Source: a virus
Taxonomy: Duplodnaviria; Caudoviricetes
Reading direction: 5' to 3' (one strand)
Length of the DNA: 37,156 nucleotides
Virus record (IMG/VR): IMGVR_UViG_3300021185_000297
Span: 1-37,156 of that record
Shown here: piece by piece, positions 16,083 through 24,430 of the stretch
Numbering within the stretch: the stretch's first letter is position 1
How the letters are laid out: each line of letters starts with the position of its first letter
The notes under the pieces: model-generated
Database searches by the model: none
Told to the model about the DNA's origin: nothing
What the model saw: the letters and a program-made list of their open reading frames with translations, nothing else
Program-made: the position numbers and the translations under genes

Positions 16083-16275
16083 AATTAAACAGCATTAGTA
16101 ACATTGATGCATTTGTACAGACCAAACAAGGTTACAAAGTCACAGGTGCAGAAGGATTTGTTGCTATTGAGAATTAGGTGGTGATGCGGTCAAATTGGTT
16201 GACCGTTTAGAGTTTTCGTATAATAACTTCAGTCCTGATGTACTGAAGGGATGGGATAAACCAAAGAGGTAACGT

Positions 16276-16656
16276 ATGTCCAAACCAATTGGATTTAAAA
16301 ATTTTCTAGAATCTTCGGACGAGTTCGTTGAAGCTATGACGTTGCAACAACGTCAAAAGGCAAAACAACGAATGAAAAAACTCGCACCTAAGATTAAAAT
16401 TGCGAAAGCAAAGGCAGCGAAGAAAGTCGCATCTATGGATGTACTGAAGAAACGTGCCAGACTTGCTGCTCGTAATAAACTCATAAAGAAACTCACCAAA
16501 GATGTCCCCAAGGCAGACCTCTCTTTTGCACGTAGAGCAGAGATAGAGAAGAAGGTCGCAAAGAAAGCAGGCGCAATAGAGAAGATTGCAAAGAAACTTC
16601 TGCCTCAGATTCGTAAAAAAGAAATGTCTAAAAAACGTGGTGGTGGTGAAAAGTGA
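16276..16656 (+). CDS. Very basic probable internal head protein
   Basis: GFKNFLE N-terminal motif; K/R/A-rich helical body; GAGG RBS. Confidence 0.7.
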   Translation: MSKPIGFKNFLESSDEFVEAMTLQQRQKAKQRMKKLAPKIKIAKAKAAKKVASMDVLKKRARLAARNKLIKKLTKDVPKADLSFARRAEIEKKVAKKAGAIEKIAKKLLPQIRKKEMSKKRGGGEK

Positions 16657-17975
16657 TTAAGAATTTTAAAGACTATTTGACTGAAGAGACCAAAGAGGTC
16701 TACTTCACATTTGGGAGGATGAATCCCCCTACAATTGGACATGGTAAAGTCTTGGACACTATTGCAAAGAAGGCTAGTGGTGCGGACTGGAAAGTCTATG
16801 TATCACAATCTACTGGTGCAAAAGACCCCCTATCATATTCAGATAAAATCAAACACTTACGTAAGATGTTCCCAAAGTTTGGTCGCAACATCATTGTCGA
16901 TAAGAAAGTAAAGAACGTATTCGATATTGCATCTGCGGTATATGACCAAGGATACAAACGTATCACTATGGTAGTGGGTGATGACCGTGTACGTGAGTTT
17001 GATGTTCTATTGAACAAATACAACGGTAAAAAGGCAAGACACGGATTCTATAACTTTGAGTCAATCAAAGTAATCTCTGCGGGTCGTAGAGACCCTGATG
17101 CAGAAGGTGTTGAAGGAATGTCTGCATCTAAACAACGTGCGAACGCAAAAGAGAATGATTATCAATCGTTCACTCAAGGTGTTCCTAAAAGTATGTCCGA
17201 TAAAGATACACGGAAGTTATTTAACGATGTTCGAAAAGGATTGGGTCTCAAGGAAGAGGTTTCTTTTAAAAGGCATGTTCAACTTCAAACTGTTTCCAAA
17301 ACAAGAGAAGAGTTTGTCAAGGGTGAACTGTTCGAACTTGGTGACTCTGTTGTTATCAAAGAAAGCGAAGAGGTCGGTGTTGTAACTGTCTTGGGTGCAA
17401 ACTACGTTATAGTAGAAATGACTGACGGTAAGAAACTCCGTAAGTGGTTAGATGCAGTAGAGTTAGTTGAAGCAAAGGCACAAGACCCTGACATCAAAGA
17501 TAAAGAAGGTACTCAACCCGCACGTTATCATGCTGGACTCAAGAAGTCTACCAAAGACAAACGTGATGCACACTTCAAGAAACATGGGAAGAAAGCAGAC
17601 GATGATGATTCCGCCTATAAACCCGCTCCTGGCGATGCGACAGCGAAAACGAAACCGTCCAAGTATACCAAAGCATTCAAAGACATGTACGAAGAAGGTG
17701 GAGCAGGAGACTGGGGTACAGACAAACTTCGCAAGAAGTATGAAAAAGACACACCATCCATCGAAGAGGATGCTGGTAAAAGTTTGAAAGATAAGTCTGA
17801 TAAATCAGGCATATCTGTTGCAACATTAAGAAAAGTATATAATCGTGGTGTTGCCGCATGGAAGACTGGTCATAGGCCAGGCACTACTCCACAACAGTGG
17901 GGACATGCAAGGGTTAATGCATTTATAGTCAAAAAGAAAAAAGGTGGGTTAAACCACGATAAGGATTTAGCGTAA
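16653..17975 (+). CDS. HxGH nucleotidyltransferase (phage cytidyltransferase-like) with C-terminal appended modules (DUF5824-like)
   Basis: FTFGRMNPPTIGH, VVGDDRV, SAGRRDPDAEGVEGMSASK; C-terminal YNRGVAAWKTGHRPG-QQWGHARVNAF; N-terminus MIKNFKDYLTEE. Confidence 0.85.
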   Translation: MIKNFKDYLTEETKEVYFTFGRMNPPTIGHGKVLDTIAKKASGADWKVYVSQSTGAKDPLSYSDKIKHLRKMFPKFGRNIIVDKKVKNVFDIASAVYDQGYKRITMVVGDDRVREFDVLLNKYNGKKARHGFYNFESIKVISAGRRDPDAEGVEGMSASKQRANAKENDYQSFTQGVPKSMSDKDTRKLFNDVRKGLGLKEEVSFKRHVQLQTVSKTREEFVKGELFELGDSVVIKESEEVGVVTVLGANYVIVEMTDGKKLRKWLDAVELVEAKAQDPDIKDKEGTQPARYHAGLKKSTKDKRDAHFKKHGKKADDDDSAYKPAPGDATAKTKPSKYTKAFKDMYEEGGAGDWGTDKLRKKYEKDTPSIEEDAGKSLKDKSDKSGISVATLRKVYNRGVAAWKTGHRPGTTPQQWGHARVNAFIVKKKKGGLNHDKDLA

Positions 17976-19099
17976 TGAAAACACTTCAACAAATACTCGA
18001 ATATGGTGGCCCAAAGATTTCTCGAAAGGATTATCTGAAACAAGATGATTTTAAACCCCATATGATGTATGACCCTGAGACAGGTAAAGGTTACAAGGCA
18101 GAGAAACCTGAAGACCATGAACGCATGAAGAAGATGGGTTACACCCATGACAAACCTGAACTTGAAGAAGGTCGTATGAAAGAACTTCATGGTTATATCG
18201 ACAAGGGTATGTCTGCACAACAGATTGCGAAGAAGATGAAACTTGATGTCAAAACAATAAAATCATTGATGGACGAAAGTGTTAATGAATCAAAATCCTC
18301 AACGGGTTATGACCTGTATCATAAAACATTTAGTGGTGCTATGCAACATTCTTATGCATTTGCTAAGAAGAAGTTTGGTATCGAAGTAGACCCTGATGAG
18401 ATTGACAATAAGGTCGCAATGGGGCCTAAGAAACCATCCAAAGGTAAAACCAATTCATATCGTCTGAAAGGAAAAGATGGTAAGAAAGGTATTCAAGTAC
18501 AAGTAGCAAACCTAGATAACAAACGATACGAGTTAAATATGTATAAAGAGTCCGTACAACTAGACGAGTCTGTAATCGATGATGTAAAAGACATTGTTGC
18601 GAAGAAACAGGCAAAGAAAATCCAAGGTGTCATGGTTGATATGTTCACCGCATCCGCTATCTCACAGATTTATGACAAGGTAAACGATACCAATAAAGCA
18701 AAGATGGAAAAGTTAAAGATTACCAAACTTGCTGACCTTGCATTCAAAATCATGAAGAAAGAAGAAATCAAAGAAGGTGCAAGGGATGATGCAAGACGAG
18801 CTATGTCTGCTGACCCCGACTTCAAGGACAAAGATAGTAAGGATATCAAAGCGACTGACGATGACCGTAAAGCTGCGGACAAGAATCCTATCATTCAGTT
18901 ACGTAGAATCTCAGACTTACCCAAAGGTGGTAAGATGGAATTTAAAGATAAGAAGACTGCCAAGATTAGTCAAGCAGATGCAAAGAAAGCCCTACGTGGA
19001 TTCAATGCAATGCGTAAAGCGAAGGATAAGGTTAAGTACACCGATACGGTTGGTAAGTCTCTCGCAGACCTCAAAAGAATTCTAAAGATTATTCGATGA
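17975..19099 (+). CDS. Modular Lys-rich probable internal head protein
   Basis: MKTLQQILE N-terminus; short modules bounded by LEE/VNE/LDE/IKE. Confidence 0.7.
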   Translation: MKTLQQILEYGGPKISRKDYLKQDDFKPHMMYDPETGKGYKAEKPEDHERMKKMGYTHDKPELEEGRMKELHGYIDKGMSAQQIAKKMKLDVKTIKSLMDESVNESKSSTGYDLYHKTFSGAMQHSYAFAKKKFGIEVDPDEIDNKVAMGPKKPSKGKTNSYRLKGKDGKKGIQVQVANLDNKRYELNMYKESVQLDESVIDDVKDIVAKKQAKKIQGVMVDMFTASAISQIYDKVNDTNKAKMEKLKITKLADLAFKIMKKEEIKEGARDDARRAMSADPDFKDKDSKDIKATDDDRKAADKNPIIQLRRISDLPKGGKMEFKDKKTAKISQADAKKALRGFNAMRKAKDKVKYTDTVGKSLADLKRILKIIR

Positions 19100-19521
19100 T
19101 TAAGTTCGACACATTTTCTATCATCTATGAGAAGGCGGTTTCTGTTCAACAACAGAAGTTGATGGCACTCGCATATAAGTATAAGAAAGGTGAACTGGAA
19201 GACGATAAGGTATCCGATGTTGTCAAGAAACTTGCGGGAGAGATGTCAGAGAAAGACCTCGAAGATTTCGCAAAGACTAAACACAAAGGACTACCCGATA
19301 AGGTAGAAGAAGGTACTCTCCAAGAACTTAGGACAACTTTAGTTACTGGTGATAGTGAGGGATTAGATTTCATTCTAAAAGACTTAAAGAAGAAGATGTA
19401 TAATGATATACGTCACAATAAATTAAAGTTTGTTAATGGTATTGCAAAATTTGTTAATATCAAAATTGATAAAGATAAACAACAAAAGGGGAGAATGGCT
19501 ATATCGCCACTCGGAAAATAA
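19096..19521 (+). CDS. Protein with a DUF3008-like module
   Basis: AVSVQQQKLMALA...MSEKDLEDFAKTKHKGLP. Confidence 0.65.
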   Translation: MIKFDTFSIIYEKAVSVQQQKLMALAYKYKKGELEDDKVSDVVKKLAGEMSEKDLEDFAKTKHKGLPDKVEEGTLQELRTTLVTGDSEGLDFILKDLKKKMYNDIRHNKLKFVNGIAKFVNIKIDKDKQQKGRMAISPLGK

Positions 19522-19757
19522 TGAAATCATTCAAGACACTTCAAAACGAAATCAATATCGGAAAACAAAAGAGACCACCTGCTACAAAGAAGGTGCAACT
19601 CTATGGTTCTGAGATTAGTGGTTTAAAGAATGCAAAAGGTAGACCGTTTACAGCAAAACCACAGGTTTCAGGTGGTAAGTTGGTATACAGGGTTACCGAT
19701 GAGTTTGGTTCTTTCACTACTCTTAACTTAAAAGCATTTGCGAAGATGTTTGCCTAA
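19521..19757 (+). CDS. Small basic hypothetical protein
   Basis: TAATG coupling on both sides; MKSFKTLQNE N-terminus. Confidence 0.7.
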   Translation: MKSFKTLQNEINIGKQKRPPATKKVQLYGSEISGLKNAKGRPFTAKPQVSGGKLVYRVTDEFGSFTTLNLKAFAKMFA

Positions 19758-20260
19758 TGAAAAAGTTTAATGATTACTGTGTATGTGATGACTCACCTTT
19801 AGTGGAGAGTAATATATATCGTGTTGGTTCAGAGAAGTACTTTGAGTATTTCCGTGAAGCACGAGAAAAGTACTATGCGGGTGAATTAGACATCCTACCA
19901 TCCGAAGTGGATATTATGGAATCAGACCTTGGTGAGTTCGATACATTCAATGAAGAGAATGTTGCACTGGATTGTATCTTCGAAGAAGAACAACCTGAAC
20001 TCAATAAACCTAAGAAGGGTGGGTCAAAGAAATACTATGTGTATGTCAAAGGGCCAGACGGAAAGGTTAAAAAGATTTCTTGGGGTGATACAACTGGACT
20101 TAAGGTTAAGTTGAATGACCCTGCCGCACGTAAATCATTTGTTGCTAGACACAAGTGCGAAACCAAGACCGATAAAATGACTGCGGGATATTGGGCGTGT
20201 AGATTACCTCGTTATGCAAAACAACTAGGATTGAGTGGAGGAGGAAACTTCTTTTGGTAG
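19757..20260 (+). CDS. Conserved phage protein (DUF6321-like C-terminal domain)
   Basis: KKYYVYVK...ISWGD...ARKSFVARHKC...AGYWAC. Confidence 0.7.
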   Translation: MKKFNDYCVCDDSPLVESNIYRVGSEKYFEYFREAREKYYAGELDILPSEVDIMESDLGEFDTFNEENVALDCIFEEEQPELNKPKKGGSKKYYVYVKGPDGKVKKISWGDTTGLKVKLNDPAARKSFVARHKCETKTDKMTAGYWACRLPRYAKQLGLSGGGNFFW

Positions 20261-20523
20261 TACCTTGTAGGGAATTGGTATTTACTAATGGGGACTTATT
20301 ACGAATATTTACCCCTGACGTACAAGAAGAGAATTTAGTTTGGCACAGAGATAAGACCAAACGCACAATAAACGTTATGGAAAGTGGTAAGTGGAAACTC
20401 CAAATGGATAACTGCAAACCATTTGAATTAGAAAAAGGGATGGTCTACGACATACCAAAAATGGTATATCATAGATTAATAAAAGGTCAACATGACCTTG
20501 TTTTAAGAATAAAGAACTTATAA
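20254..20523 (+). CDS. Small cupin-like hypothetical protein
   Basis: LVWHRD...WKLQMDN...IPKMVYHRLIKG; GGAGGA RBS, TTG start. Confidence 0.65.
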   Translation: MVVPCRELVFTNGDLLRIFTPDVQEENLVWHRDKTKRTINVMESGKWKLQMDNCKPFELEKGMVYDIPKMVYHRLIKGQHDLVLRIKNL

Positions 20524-20526
20524 ATA
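20519..20526 (+). promoter_or_regulatory. T4-type late promoter
   Basis: TATAAATA upstream of 20564. Confidence 0.8.
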
Positions 20527-20563
20527 ACAGTAACAATTTTATACATCTTATGGGATTTTAAGA

Positions 20564-20848
20564 ATGGCAACAGGAACACAGGCGGCACGTCTAGACCGCA
20601 TCGAAGAAAAGATAGACAATCTGTCTGATGCAATGGTCTCACTCGCACGTGCGGAAGAGAAACTGATTGCTATTGAAAAGAATAATCATACGAACTTCGA
20701 GAGAATGAATCGATTCTCACAAAAGTTAGATGATATAGAAAGAAAGGTCGAAGAGAATGCCCATACCGTGGGTGTTATAAACAAACTATTTTGGATACTA
20801 ATCGCAGCGGCAATCGCTGGTATTATGTCCGCAATTTGGATGAACTAG
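20564..20848 (+). CDS. Coiled-coil protein with a C-terminal TM helix (XhlA/holin-like architecture)
   Basis: RLDRIEEKIDNL heptads; LFWILIAAAIAGIMSAIW terminal TM. Confidence 0.7.
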   Translation: MATGTQAARLDRIEEKIDNLSDAMVSLARAEEKLIAIEKNNHTNFERMNRFSQKLDDIERKVEENAHTVGVINKLFWILIAAAIAGIMSAIWMN

Positions 20849-20857
20849 GAGAAACTA

Positions 20858-22030
20858 ATGAAAACATCTGATATAAAAAGACTGGGTGAAGCATACCAAG
20901 CGGTTCTAGAATCATCCAAAGAAGAATCAAAAGCACAGTTCGTTGCTGCTGCTCGAGCTGCTAAAAAAGAAGGTAAGAAAGAGTTTATGTTTGCGGGTAA
21001 GAAATTCCCTGTTACTGCAAAGGAAGTTGAGGAAGCTGAGAAGTCTTTAAAGGCATCTAAACTTGACCCTGTAGATGACAAAGCAAATGATAAGAAATTC
21101 AAAAACCGTAAAGACAAAGACATCGACAACGATGGTGATGTAGATGACTCTGATGAGTATCTACACAACAGACGTGCCAAGGTCGATGATGAGATTGACG
21201 GTGGTAAGAAACCTGCTAAGAATGCAAAGAAAGAATCGGTTGAAGTTGACGAAGCACGTCAAATGAAAGACCCTAAGAAAGACTCTATGGTCTCTAAGGG
21301 TGGAAAGACAATCGTAATCGATAAGTCAAAAGAAAAAGAATACCTCAAGAAAGGTTGGACTCTTGCCGAAGAAGACGAAGGTGAAGAAGAAGAACCTAAG
21401 AAGAAAGAAGTCAAGAAACCTGTCCCTGCTAAAGACGTGAAGAAAGACGAAGAAGAGAAGGGTGACGATATCTCTGACGAAGAGGAAGACGGTGATGGTG
21501 AAACTGAAGCTGAGAAAGACGAAGATGAAGCTGAAGAGAAACCTGCTGACAAGAAGAAGGATGACAAGAAGAAAGAGGGCAACCCCCATACTTCAGACAA
21601 GACTCCTGAAATCTCTAAGATTGAAACTGTCAAGAAAGAATCCTATTCTAGTCAATTCGAAGAAATGTGGGCTGCTGTTGCAGAACTAAACGAGAAACGT
21701 AAAGAGTCTCAAGGTGCAACTGAACCCGAAGCAATCGACTCAAAAGAATCAAAAGGTTCTAAAGAGTTTGCTGCTAAACATAAGGTTGAGAAAAAGAAAC
21801 CTGAAGACGTAGGTGAGAAACCATTCAAGGAACAACGTTCTTTAGTTGATATGGCACGTGACGTTCTTGCGGGTAAACAATCATTCGATGAGATGAAAGG
21901 TCAAATTGACGCTACAGGTGACGAACCTAAAGGTGACGAACCTAAAGGTGATAAGAAAAAGAATCCATTCGATGGTCGTACAACTGAAGCCAAGAAGTTC
22001 TTAGAACGTATGTCTAAGAGGAGAGGTTAA
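20858..22030 (+). CDS. Highly charged low-complexity protein, probable prohead core/internal protein
   Basis: AGGAG RBS; E/D/K-rich; KLDPV...DIDNDGDVDDSDEYL motif; many hydrophobic-x-E sites. Confidence 0.7.
   Translation: MKTSDIKRLGEAYQAVLESSKEESKAQFVAAARAAKKEGKKEFMFAGKKFPVTAKEVEEAEKSLKASKLDPVDDKANDKKFKNRKDKDIDNDGDVDDSDEYLHNRRAKVDDEIDGGKKPAKNAKKESVEVDEARQMKDPKKDSMVSKGGKTIVIDKSKEKEYLKKGWTLAEEDEGEEEEPKKKEVKKPVPAKDVKKDEEEKGDDISDEEEDGDGETEAEKDEDEAEEKPADKKKDDKKKEGNPHTSDKTPEISKIETVKKESYSSQFEEMWAAVAELNEKRKESQGATEPEAIDSKESKGSKEFAAKHKVEKKKPEDVGEKPFKEQRSLVDMARDVLAGKQSFDEMKGQIDATGDEPKGDEPKGDKKKNPFDGRTTEAKKFLERMSKRRG
21916..21951 (+). repeat. 15-bp tandem repeat (2.4 copies) encoding GDEPK
   Basis: AGGTGACGAACCTAA twice, then AGGTGA. 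Confidence 0.85.
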
Positions 22031-22290
22031 TGATAACATTACTAGGTACTCAAGTTGCATGTGGTACAACCACAGGTGCTGCCTCTACATTCGGTGATTC
22101 GAATGCAGTAAGACTATTCAATAGTGGTACTGCGATTCGTTTGGTCACGTTGGAAAAAGCAGATGGTACTGATATTGGTACTATCTCTTTGAACGCAAAA
22201 GCGGAGATAACATTACGTAAGTCTCCAACTGATAAAATCTTTGCTGCCTCTGCCGAAGTACTCGGTGTTGCGGTTGGATTTACATATTAA
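22030..22290 (+). CDS. Small beta-rich protein, probably virion structural
   Basis: G/A/T-rich beta pattern; GGAGAGG RBS; late cluster. Confidence 0.6.
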   Translation: MITLLGTQVACGTTTGAASTFGDSNAVRLFNSGTAIRLVTLEKADGTDIGTISLNAKAEITLRKSPTDKIFAASAEVLGVAVGFTY

Positions 22291-22302
22291 AGAGGAAATA
22301 TA

Positions 22303-22653
22303 ATGGCAAAACTACAAGCACCAGCATGGTGTGAAAATGCAGTCCCTACCCGAAACGGATGGGAAGACCCTATCACAGGCGAACTATACGCAAGTGGTGG
22401 ATTCACACAAGCACAGATAGATGAATTCTATGGTAATCTACATGTACAGGCAGAAGCTGAGTGGAATCAACTTAATGAAGTACCTACTTCAACAGTTGAA
22501 ACACTTATTGAAGCACCAGTACATGAGAAATCACTCGAAGAGATGTCCAAACTTGAATTGGAAGCTTTGGGTAGACAACATGGTATTGAGTTAGACAGAC
22601 GCAAGAACAAGACCACTCTTATTAGTAGAGTTATGGGCGTACTTAAAGACTAA
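22303..22653 (+). CDS. Hypothetical protein with a C-terminal helix-extension-helix (Rho-N-like) motif
   Basis: LEEMSKLELEALGRQHGIELDRRKNKTTLI. Confidence 0.7.
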   Translation: MAKLQAPAWCENAVPTRNGWEDPITGELYASGGFTQAQIDEFYGNLHVQAEAEWNQLNEVPTSTVETLIEAPVHEKSLEEMSKLELEALGRQHGIELDRRKNKTTLISRVMGVLKD

Positions 22654-22666
22654 ACCTTTTGTCGGT

Positions 22667-22693
22667 GGGGGAGAGATATCCCCCTTATAGATA
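22667..22693 (+). promoter_or_regulatory. GC hairpin followed by late-promoter variant TATAGATA
   Basis: GGGGGA-GAGATA-TCCCCC (22667-22684); TATAGATA 22686-22693; ATG 5 nt later. Confidence 0.5.
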
Positions 22694-22698
22694 ACTAT

Positions 22699-23067
22699 AT
22701 GATGAAATTGACAAAAGACAATATTGTACTTTATGCCGCTAAACACTATTACAATCCTACATGTATTGATAGTGAAGAGTTCTTTGAAGACTTAAAGCGG
22801 TTTAGATATATTAAGAGACTTCTTAATCGTTATAACGATAGTGGGGTATTATCAGAAAGACTTATATTAAACCACCTAATAGTCATCTTTAATGTCTTTG
22901 GAAATGAGGCTGGATTAGATATGTTGGAACTTCGAGTTGAAGTGGATTACTGGAATGTAATCAAACCATTTCTAATTTTCTTGAACGTCATTGACAATAC
23001 TATGTACACGAACATAGAGATGGACAAGAAAGTAGTAGAGGCATTACGGGAAATTAGGAACGCATAA
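22699..23067 (+). CDS. Conserved T4-like phage hypothetical protein
   Basis: YAAKHYYNP-C...EF-EDLKRFRYIKRLL...ERLILNHLIVIFNVFG, recognised as typical of aquatic T4-like phages. Confidence 0.75.
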   Translation: MMKLTKDNIVLYAAKHYYNPTCIDSEEFFEDLKRFRYIKRLLNRYNDSGVLSERLILNHLIVIFNVFGNEAGLDMLELRVEVDYWNVIKPFLIFLNVIDNTMYTNIEMDKKVVEALREIRNA

Positions 23068-23068
23068 T

Positions 23069-23662
23069 ATGGGACTTTTAAAATCAGCAACAGACCTTGT
23101 ATTCACAATAAGGTTTCTAAAATTACTTGTAACACCATTTGAGAAACTTGGTGCATTTAAAGCTGGTATCATCGATAAGGATGGTAAGAAGAACCCCGAC
23201 TTTAACACCCTCAAAACAGATGACCGTGAAGCATATAGGACACACTATACTGCATTCATTAGACTAGTCATCAACATCAAACGAATCATGGCAAAAGCTC
23301 CTGGCGGTCAATCTGCGATTGCACGTTATGGTGCCGCACTCTTACTCATTAAAGAACATGGAGAACTATCCGATAAAGAACTCATGAAGATTCATGATGC
23401 AACGGGTATTGATGCAATGAACCTTATTGCGGAAACAAGTGAGTGGTTTGTTATGGATGATGGTGGTTTAGGGCCAGGCATATATCGTATGTTAAACGAT
23501 ACCATGACTACTGACTGTGATGACATTGTAAAAAAACATGACAAGATTCGTGTAGTCGAATCACAACCCAAGGGTACTGTATTGGGTGTACCTATCTATG
23601 AGGCTATACACATGAATTCGAAAAGAACTGTGTATATCTCTACAGGAGAAATAAGCAGATGA
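23069..23662 (+). CDS. Conserved T4-like phage hypothetical protein
   Basis: RFLKLLVTPF...AFKAGIIDKDG...YTAFIRLVINIKR. Confidence 0.75.
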   Translation: MGLLKSATDLVFTIRFLKLLVTPFEKLGAFKAGIIDKDGKKNPDFNTLKTDDREAYRTHYTAFIRLVINIKRIMAKAPGGQSAIARYGAALLLIKEHGELSDKELMKIHDATGIDAMNLIAETSEWFVMDDGGLGPGIYRMLNDTMTTDCDDIVKKHDKIRVVESQPKGTVLGVPIYEAIHMNSKRTVYISTGEISR

Positions 23663-23853
23663 AGAAATTCAGAGACTATAGTGAAGATGCAACCTCGGTT
23701 GGTTCTGTAGCAGGACTAACAGGTGAACCACCTGTACATCTAAAGAAGAAAAAGAAAGAGGACATCAACGTCCTTAAACGATTCATTGAGAACCGTGATG
23801 AGAGCGCACGTAAGATGCGTGAGAATATTAAGAAGAGGACTGATAAATGCTAA
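23659..23853 (+). CDS. Small basic protein with a capsid-targeting-like N-terminus
   Basis: MKKFRDYSED; AGGAG RBS; ATGA overlap. Confidence 0.65.
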   Translation: MKKFRDYSEDATSVGSVAGLTGEPPVHLKKKKKEDINVLKRFIENRDESARKMRENIKKRTDKC

Positions 23854-24311
23854 GTGGATTATTAGGTAGTGTGTTAGGATTTGGGGGTTCAGTTGTACCC
23901 GCAATCACAGACCACTTTAAAACAAAGGCAAACAACAAATTTGAATTACAAAAGATGGAGAAGATGGCGGAACTACGTGCCGCTGGATTTGACCACGAGA
24001 TGAAGATGTTCGAGACGCAAGCTGCGGACAAGGAACATGACCGTCTAATTCAACACGACATTTCAATTAACCAAGGGACTGGATTCATTGCGGGTCTACA
24101 GAAGTCTGTACGACCTATCATTACATACTGTTTCTTTGGATTATTCTGTGCAATCGAAATTACCCTACTCAGGGAAGCACTCAATAGTGGTACATCCATT
24201 GCGGACTCATTAGGACTACTGTGGGATGGTGATACCAAAGCAATCTTTGCTGCTATCATATCCTTTTGGTTTGGGTCTCGTGCTATAGATAAGTCTCGCA
24301 AAAATAAATAA
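23847..24311 (+). CDS. Holin-like membrane protein (3TM/GTA-holin-like)
   Basis: SVRPIITYCFFGLF and AIISFWFGSR motifs; hydrophobic N-terminus. Confidence 0.65.
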   Translation: MLSGLLGSVLGFGGSVVPAITDHFKTKANNKFELQKMEKMAELRAAGFDHEMKMFETQAADKEHDRLIQHDISINQGTGFIAGLQKSVRPIITYCFFGLFCAIEITLLREALNSGTSIADSLGLLWDGDTKAIFAAIISFWFGSRAIDKSRKNK

Positions 24312-24320
24312 ATTTTTTGC

Positions 24321-24349
24321 TTGACTTTATATGCCTCTTGGTATATAAT
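24321..24349 (+). promoter_or_regulatory. Early/middle sigma70-type promoter for the nrd genes
   Basis: TTGACT-17bp-TATAAT. Confidence 0.75.
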
Positions 24350-24430
24350 CACACTTAATATTAGAAATGAAAGTACTGTAAGTTATAAGTATACTTACAG
24401 GACAATTTATTACATGGGCAATGGATACAG

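Larger units (their letters stand above)
15053..16272 (+). pseudogene. DUF6267-like protein with ATP-dependent ligase-type motifs, interrupted by a 1-nt frameshift near 16171-16176
   Basis: NTHMTHIED, STKWDGAPA, IQGDFLF, FHPNTIIY, EGFVAI then TAG at 16175; the -1 frame continues LGGDAVKLVDRLEFSYNNF...KPKR to TAA 16272, 3 nt before the next ATG. May be a sequencing error in an intact gene. Confidence 0.75.

Noticed and set aside
16175-16177. TAG read-through or an alternative genetic code
   Set aside because: The continuation is in the -1 frame, not in frame, and TAG serves as a normal stop elsewhere (e.g. 704, 10688, 20848, 28088).
17098-19085. Alternative-frame + strand ORFs 17098-17385, 17467-17787 and 18777-19085
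   Set aside because: No convincing SD/start pair or coherent composition. Host regions poor in Leu/Val/Ile naturally leave the +1 frame open.
21916-21951. 15-bp tandem repeat as a regulatory or CRISPR-like element
   Set aside because: It is an in-frame duplication within a low-complexity protein region, with no spacers.
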